Positions 59,565 through 64,000 of a DNA stretch of 64,000 bases are shown here, in pieces. The position numbers and the translations under genes were made by a program. Location: assembly GCA_963716175.1 (NCBI GenBank), contig OY970296.1:3296001-3360000 (forward strand). The letters run 5' to 3'. Numbering within the stretch: position 1 is the first letter of the stretch; the number at the start of each line of letters is the position of its first letter. Below the pieces are notes generated by a model. The model made no database searches. It worked only from the letters and a program-made list of their open reading frames with translations, and had not been told where the DNA came from. Origin of the DNA: an uncultured Armatimonadetes bacterium. Its GTDB lineage: Bacteria; Armatimonadota; Hebobacteria; Hebobacterales; Hebobacteraceae.

Positions 59565-60626
59565 TTGGCGGCTGAGGCGCTCATTCAGGTGCGCGGGGTC
59601 TCGATCACGCTGGGCGAGTTCGCCGTCCGCGACGCATGCCTGGCGGTGGAGGCCGGGGAGTATTTCGTGCTGCTGGGGCCCACCGGGGCGGGGAAGACCG
59701 TGCTGCTGGAGTGCATCGCGGGGCTGCACCGGCCCCATCAGGGCGAGATCCTGGTGGCGGGACGGCGGGTGAACGAGGTGCCGCCAGAGCAGCGGGGGCT
59801 GGGCTATCTGCCGCAGGACTACGCCCTCTTCCCGCACCTCGACGTGGCCCAGAACATCGGCTTCGGCATGCGCCTGCGCCGGAAGACGCGAGCAGAGATC
59901 AGCCGGCGGGTGCAGGAGCTGGCCGAGCTGCTGGGCATCACGCATCTGCTCGCCCGCTCACCGGTGCATCTCAGCGGAGGCGAGAAGCAGCGGGCGGCGC
60001 TGGCCCGGGCGCTGGCCATCGAGCCCCAGGTGCTGCTGCTCGACGAACCCCTGAGCGCGCTCGACGAGCAGACGCGGGAGGCGCTGTGCGTGGAGCTGCG
60101 CCGCGTGCACGCGCAGCTTCGCACTACCACCGTGCACGTCTCGCACAACTTCGAGGAAACTCTGGCGGTGGCCGACCGCATCGGGGTCATCCACCAGGGG
60201 CGGATTCAGCAGGTGGGCACTCCGGAGGAGGTGTTCCATCGGCCGGCCTCCGAGTTCGTGGCCCGCTTCGTGCGATCCGAGAACATCCTGCGGGGCCGGG
60301 CCCAGCGAGGGGCCGATGGCGTGCTGGTGAGCGTAGGCCTGGTGAATCTGAAGGCCGCGGACGGACCGGAGGGCGATGTCTTCCTCACCGTGAGGCCGGA
60401 GGATGTGGAGGTGACAACGCCGATGCCTGATCGCCCCAACACGGTCACCGGCCCCATCGTGAGCATCGTGGATCGGGGGCCGCTGGTGCGGGTGGATATC
60501 AACGGCGGAGTGAGCATGACGGCGCTGGTGACGAGGCGGACCTGGCAGGCCGAAGGGTTCCGGGTGGGGGAGGTGGTGAGCGCGCACTTCGAGCCGGGGG
60601 CGGCGCACGTACTCAGGGCGGACTGA
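59565..60626 (+). CDS. Second molybdate/tungstate ABC ATPase (WtpC/ModC-like)
   Basis: GPTGAGKT, LSGGEKQR, LLDEP, TOBE-like C-terminus. Confidence 0.85.
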   Translation: MAAEALIQVRGVSITLGEFAVRDACLAVEAGEYFVLLGPTGAGKTVLLECIAGLHRPHQGEILVAGRRVNEVPPEQRGLGYLPQDYALFPHLDVAQNIGFGMRLRRKTRAEISRRVQELAELLGITHLLARSPVHLSGGEKQRAALARALAIEPQVLLLDEPLSALDEQTREALCVELRRVHAQLRTTTVHVSHNFEETLAVADRIGVIHQGRIQQVGTPEEVFHRPASEFVARFVRSENILRGRAQRGADGVLVSVGLVNLKAADGPEGDVFLTVRPEDVEVTTPMPDRPNTVTGPIVSIVDRGPLVRVDINGGVSMTALVTRRTWQAEGFRVGEVVSAHFEPGAAHVLRAD

Positions 60627-60830
60627 GCAACGTCGCGATTTGCGCGCGTCTTGGGCGGGACGCCGCTTGACAGGCGACCACACTGTGAGTCAGCATCGTG
60701 CCCTAGGGACACGCCCGGCGGAGGCGGACAAGCCCGCCCGCGTGCGGGCGTCGTTCGCGGAGTGGCCGGGCCCTTCGGGCCGCCATGGCGGTCGGCTCTG
60801 CCGACCCAGCCACATCCGGGCCCCGCGGGC

Positions 60831-60966
60831 CTAGAGCGCATTTCATAACCTACCTGCTGGGTGGCCGCGCCACGCCCTCGCATGAAATGCGCCTGCCACC
60901 GCCTGACGTTGTGCGGTGCTGTTTCATAGCCTCCCCTCCCTGGGAGGGTTATGAAACAGCTTCTAG
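60831..60966 (+). mobile_element. Twin-palindrome element family A, copy 5 (136 bp)
   Basis: CTAG...CTAG; matches copy 1 with 4 extra bases in the second hairpin loop. Confidence 0.8.
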
Positions 60967-61066
60967 GGAGCTTCGCCGAATGAAGTAACACGGCGAAGCT
61001 CAAGAAGCGGCCCAGACAGGCACAGGGCGATGTTCGCACATTACTTCGTTGTGCGAACATCATTAG
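60963..61066 (+). mobile_element. Twin-palindrome element family B, copy 3 (104 bp)
   Basis: Shares CTAG 60963-60966 with A copy 5; near-identical to 50415..50518; ends TTAG at the galT RBS. Confidence 0.78.
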
Positions 61067-61076
61067 GGAGTGTGCG

Positions 61077-62129
61077 ATGGTCGATCAACCGAGGCGGGAT
61101 CCAGACTACCAGCCGGAGCTGCGCAAGAACCTGGTGACCAGGGAGTGGGTGATCATCGCCAAGGGCCGGGGCAAGCGGCCCTCCGATTTCGCGCCCGAGG
61201 AGGGGGCGGCGGCGCCTGTGCCGGAGCGGGACGAGCACTGCCCCTTCTGCCCGGGCAACGAGGCGATGACTCCACCCGAGGTGTTTGCGGTGCGAGATGG
61301 AGAACCCAGGAATGCCTCGCCGTGGAAGGTGCGGGTGGTGCCCAATCGTTTTGCGGCGCTGCGCATTGACGCCTCGGACCGGGTGAAGGAGGTCGGGATC
61401 TTCTCGGCCCGGGACGGGTTCGGGGCGCACGAGGTGATCGTGGAATCGCCCCGGCACAACCAGGACCTGTGGGAGATGGACACCGACCAGGTGGAGGCGG
61501 TGGTGGAGGCCTACCGGCAGCGCTTCCTCGCCTTCGAGGCCGGCGACGCCCTGCGGTATGTGCTGATCTTCCGGAACCACGGGCTGAGGGCGGGGACATC
61601 GCTGGCGCATCCGCACTCCCAGTTGATCGCGGCCCCGGTGATGCCGCGGCAGGTGCAGATGGAGCTGCGAGGCTCGGCCGACTACTTCGAGTACCTCGGG
61701 CAGTGCGCGTTCTGCGCGCTGGTGCATGCGGAGAGCCGGGGCGACGAGCGGACGGTGCTGCAGACCGACCACTTCATGGTGGCCACCGCCTTCGCGGGAC
61801 GCTACCCGTTCGAGACCTGGATCCTGCCCAAGCGACACGCCATTCGGTTCGCTGACATGAGCGAGGCCGAGGCCAGCGATTTCGCGCGGGTGCTGAAGGA
61901 GACGCTGGGCCGGATCGCGCGGTGCCTGAACCGCCCCTCCTACAATTACGCCATTCACAGCGCGCCCGCGGCCGAGCACAACGTGCGCGCCTACCATTGG
62001 CACATGGAGATCTTCCCGCGCGTCACTACTCTGGGTGGCTTCGAGTTGGGGAGCGAAATCTACATCAACGTGGTGGCCCCGGAGGACGCCGCGCGGTACC
62101 TCAGGGAGGCGCAGGCGCCGGCGGCGTGA
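61077..62129 (+). CDS. galT: Galactose-1-phosphate uridylyltransferase
   Basis: R.KRP, CPFCPGNE, HEVIVE, N.G..AGTSLAHPHSQ (HxHxQ), HWHMEI, GFELG. Confidence 0.92.
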   Translation: MVDQPRRDPDYQPELRKNLVTREWVIIAKGRGKRPSDFAPEEGAAAPVPERDEHCPFCPGNEAMTPPEVFAVRDGEPRNASPWKVRVVPNRFAALRIDASDRVKEVGIFSARDGFGAHEVIVESPRHNQDLWEMDTDQVEAVVEAYRQRFLAFEAGDALRYVLIFRNHGLRAGTSLAHPHSQLIAAPVMPRQVQMELRGSADYFEYLGQCAFCALVHAESRGDERTVLQTDHFMVATAFAGRYPFETWILPKRHAIRFADMSEAEASDFARVLKETLGRIARCLNRPSYNYAIHSAPAAEHNVRAYHWHMEIFPRVTTLGGFELGSEIYINVVAPEDAARYLREAQAPAA

Positions 62130-62137
62130 GCTGCCCC

Positions 62138-62165
62138 GGCGGGCATGGGTATGCCCGCCCTACAG
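62138..62165 (-). repeat. REP, GTAG type, between convergent genes
   Basis: Reverse complement CTGTAGGGCGGGCATACCCATGCCCGCC. Confidence 0.65.
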
Positions 62166-62168
62166 AAG

Positions 62169-62672
62169 CTACCGACGGCGTACGAACGCGATCTCGCAGC
62201 CCGGCGCGCCCGCGCAGGCCATGGCCGCCATCTCGAACTGATAGCGGTTGCCGAACTCCGCACACCAGGCCTGCCCTTCGGTGGGGCAGATGGTCTGCGA
62301 GACCCTGGCGGCGAGATGCTCGCGGTTGCTCTTGCGCAGCAGCTCCAGCCAGGGACACTGGTCAATCCGGAAGCGCACTCCGCTGGGCCCGAGTGCGACC
62401 GCAAAGCGGTGGCCGTCGGCCGTGAGCTTGAGAGAGAAGCAGCGCGCTAGCTCCTCGGGGGCATGACCGGCGCAGCCGGTCAGCTCGCGGGCTTCGCGGG
62501 CCTGGATCTTGGCGACCACGGCCCACACCCGAGCATCTAGCTCCAGGGCGTGATCGAACCCGCGGCTCTCCTCCTCCAGCATGAACCAGAGGCCGTCAAC
62601 CGCGTGGTAGGACCGGCGCAGAAAGCGCGCCACCGTGTCGGCGTCGAAAGAGGGCAGCTCCGCGGGCCCCAT
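62169..62672 (-). CDS. DUF6125-like hypothetical protein
   Basis: AVDGLWF..E..A.ELD..VW, conserved Cys (CPW, C, C, C). Confidence 0.6.
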   Translation of the reverse strand: MGPAELPSFDADTVARFLRRSYHAVDGLWFMLEEESRGFDHALELDARVWAVVAKIQAREARELTGCAGHAPEELARCFSLKLTADGHRFAVALGPSGVRFRIDQCPWLELLRKSNREHLAARVSQTICPTEGQAWCAEFGNRYQFEMAAMACAGAPGCEIAFVRRR

Positions 62673-62802
62673 GTGATGTGTGCTTCGGCGGCCTGGTGGT
62701 AGTTCCTGTTGGCGCGGGAGGTAGCGATCCGTCGCCCGGCGAAAACCACAGGCGAAGGGGGCCCGGTGCGGGCCCCCGTGTGCTTGCTGTCAGGAGAGAA
62801 TA

Positions 62803-63573
62803 TTGCCTCGTTTGATCCGGGCCGATTGGCACATCCACAGCAGCCTCTCAGATTGCGGTCACCCCGAGGCGACGCCGGAGGCGATCGTGCGGGCGGCCCA
62901 GGAGGCGGCATTGGAGGCGATCGGGATCACGGATCATGTGATCTTCGCCAAGGACCGCCTCCGGGCCGGCCTGATCCGCCGACAGCTTCCGGCCCAGGTG
63001 GGTGGACTGCGCATCTGGGTGGGATGCGAGGCGGACATGCAGTCCGCCACCCGGGCCTCCATTGATGCAGAGTTCGCCGCCGGTCTGGACTACGTGATCA
63101 TGTCGGCCAGCCATCTCTTCGATGTGGGGATGGAACAGCGAGCGGACCTGGATGCCAAGGGAATGGTGAGCTTCATCCTGGAGCTGATGGACGGCGCCAT
63201 TGCCAGCGGCCTGGCGGATGTTATCGCCCATCCCTTTGGGGTGCCGGAGTGCCCGTTCGCCTGGGAGGAGCTGATCGCCGCGGTGGATCAGACCGCGCTC
63301 TCCCGCACGGCCCAGGCCGCGGCCCGGGCTGGCGTGGCGTTGGAGTTCAACCCCCGCTACCTGAGGCAGTCGCCGGAGGCGACCCGGTGGCTGTTTCGCC
63401 GGGTGCGGGAGGCTGGCTGCAAGCTGGCGCTCTCCAGCGACGCTCACCACCCGACGCACATCGGCTGCCGGGGGCCCAGGTACGCCAGCGAAGCGGAGAT
63501 CCGCGACCTGGGGATCAAACCAGAAGATCTCTGGAGTGTCGAACATAGGGTGAGCGCAGGCAGATCCGGTTGA
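62803..63573 (+). CDS. PHP-domain phosphoesterase
   Basis: DWHIHS, ITDH, GCE, SASH, IAHP, SSDAH. Confidence 0.88.
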   Translation: MPRLIRADWHIHSSLSDCGHPEATPEAIVRAAQEAALEAIGITDHVIFAKDRLRAGLIRRQLPAQVGGLRIWVGCEADMQSATRASIDAEFAAGLDYVIMSASHLFDVGMEQRADLDAKGMVSFILELMDGAIASGLADVIAHPFGVPECPFAWEELIAAVDQTALSRTAQAAARAGVALEFNPRYLRQSPEATRWLFRRVREAGCKLALSSDAHHPTHIGCRGPRYASEAEIRDLGIKPEDLWSVEHRVSAGRSG

Positions 63574-63691
63574 GGCCTACGCCGCCGCGCTCTCGCGCGC
63601 ATTGGACGGCCGCTTCGGAATCAGGGTAAACTAGCTTCAGCGCCAGGGGCCCGCCACACGGCCGGCGGGCGAGCAGTCCAGGTTGCAGACC

Positions 63692-64000
63692 ATGTCAAAG
63701 CCGTCGCGCCGGTGGTTCGCGTTGGTTAGAAGTCAACCGCAGTCAGCAGGAATCGGTTTCGGCCGCGTTGCGCTAGCTCTCGCTTTCGGGCTTCTGTTAT
63801 CCCTTCCCGCGTTCGCTGGCCCGGACCTACCCATCCCGATTGCACCCGGGACCAGCTACCGGCGACTTTACCGGCCGGAGGGGCCCTGGGCGATCAATGT
63901 GGTGGAGGCCGAGCTCTCCCAGCAATACCTTGAGCTGCACAGTGTGTTGGGGGGTGGGACAACCGTGGGGCGCCAGCCGGTGTCGCGCATGGTGAACGGG
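63692..64000 (+). CDS. Exported protein, probably phosphodiester glycosidase (NAGPA-like); runs off window end
   Basis: Open from ATG 63692; signal peptide then IAPGTSY..GPWAINVVE..GRQPVSRM. Confidence 0.5.
   Translation, partial: MSKPSRRWFALVRSQPQSAGIGFGRVALALAFGLLLSLPAFAGPDLPIPIAPGTSYRRLYRPEGPWAINVVEAELSQQYLELHSVLGGGTTVGRQPVSRMVNG

Noticed and set aside
13978-61063. Recurring peptides such as CFITSPGEVMKQ and FAQRSNVRT in several ORFs, read as a protein family
   Set aside because: They are translations of the family A and B DNA elements in different frames and strands, not genes.
13959-61066. Repeats as a CRISPR array or integron attC sites
   Set aside because: Copies are dispersed among housekeeping genes with no repeat-spacer periodicity, no cas or integrase gene and no consistent RYYYAAC/GTTRRRY ends.

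Overview
GC-rich bacterial chromosomal window, mostly housekeeping and metabolic genes: relA/spoT, recJ, secDF, eno, pyk, ftsB-like, prmA, acpS, nnr, rodA, Re-citrate synthase, a three-part glutamate synthase preceded by an HdrB-HdrC fusion, polyprenyl synthase, leuB-like, a molybdate/tungstate ABC cluster and galT. It also has two toxin-antitoxin pairs (FitA/VapC-like and hicBA) and three tandem outer-membrane barrel-like paralogues. The gene content suggests an anaerobic diderm organism, possibly Armatimonadota (inference, not verified). About a dozen single-base frameshifts in conserved genes point to an error-prone assembly rather than pseudogenes. I found no rRNA, tRNA, CRISPR array, integrase or transposase. 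The most unusual signal is non-coding: three sequence-distinct families of 104-136 bp 'twin-palindrome' elements share one architecture (TA-containing end, hairpin, 25-32 bp spacer, related hairpin, TA-containing end), dock end-to-end on shared CTAG/TA sites and often overlap stop codons or abut RBSs. There is also a 24-bp palindromic unit inserted in frame in three unrelated proteins, a GTAG-type REP family that brackets hicBA and enters recJ, and two paralogous uncharacterised 8-Cys microproteins.
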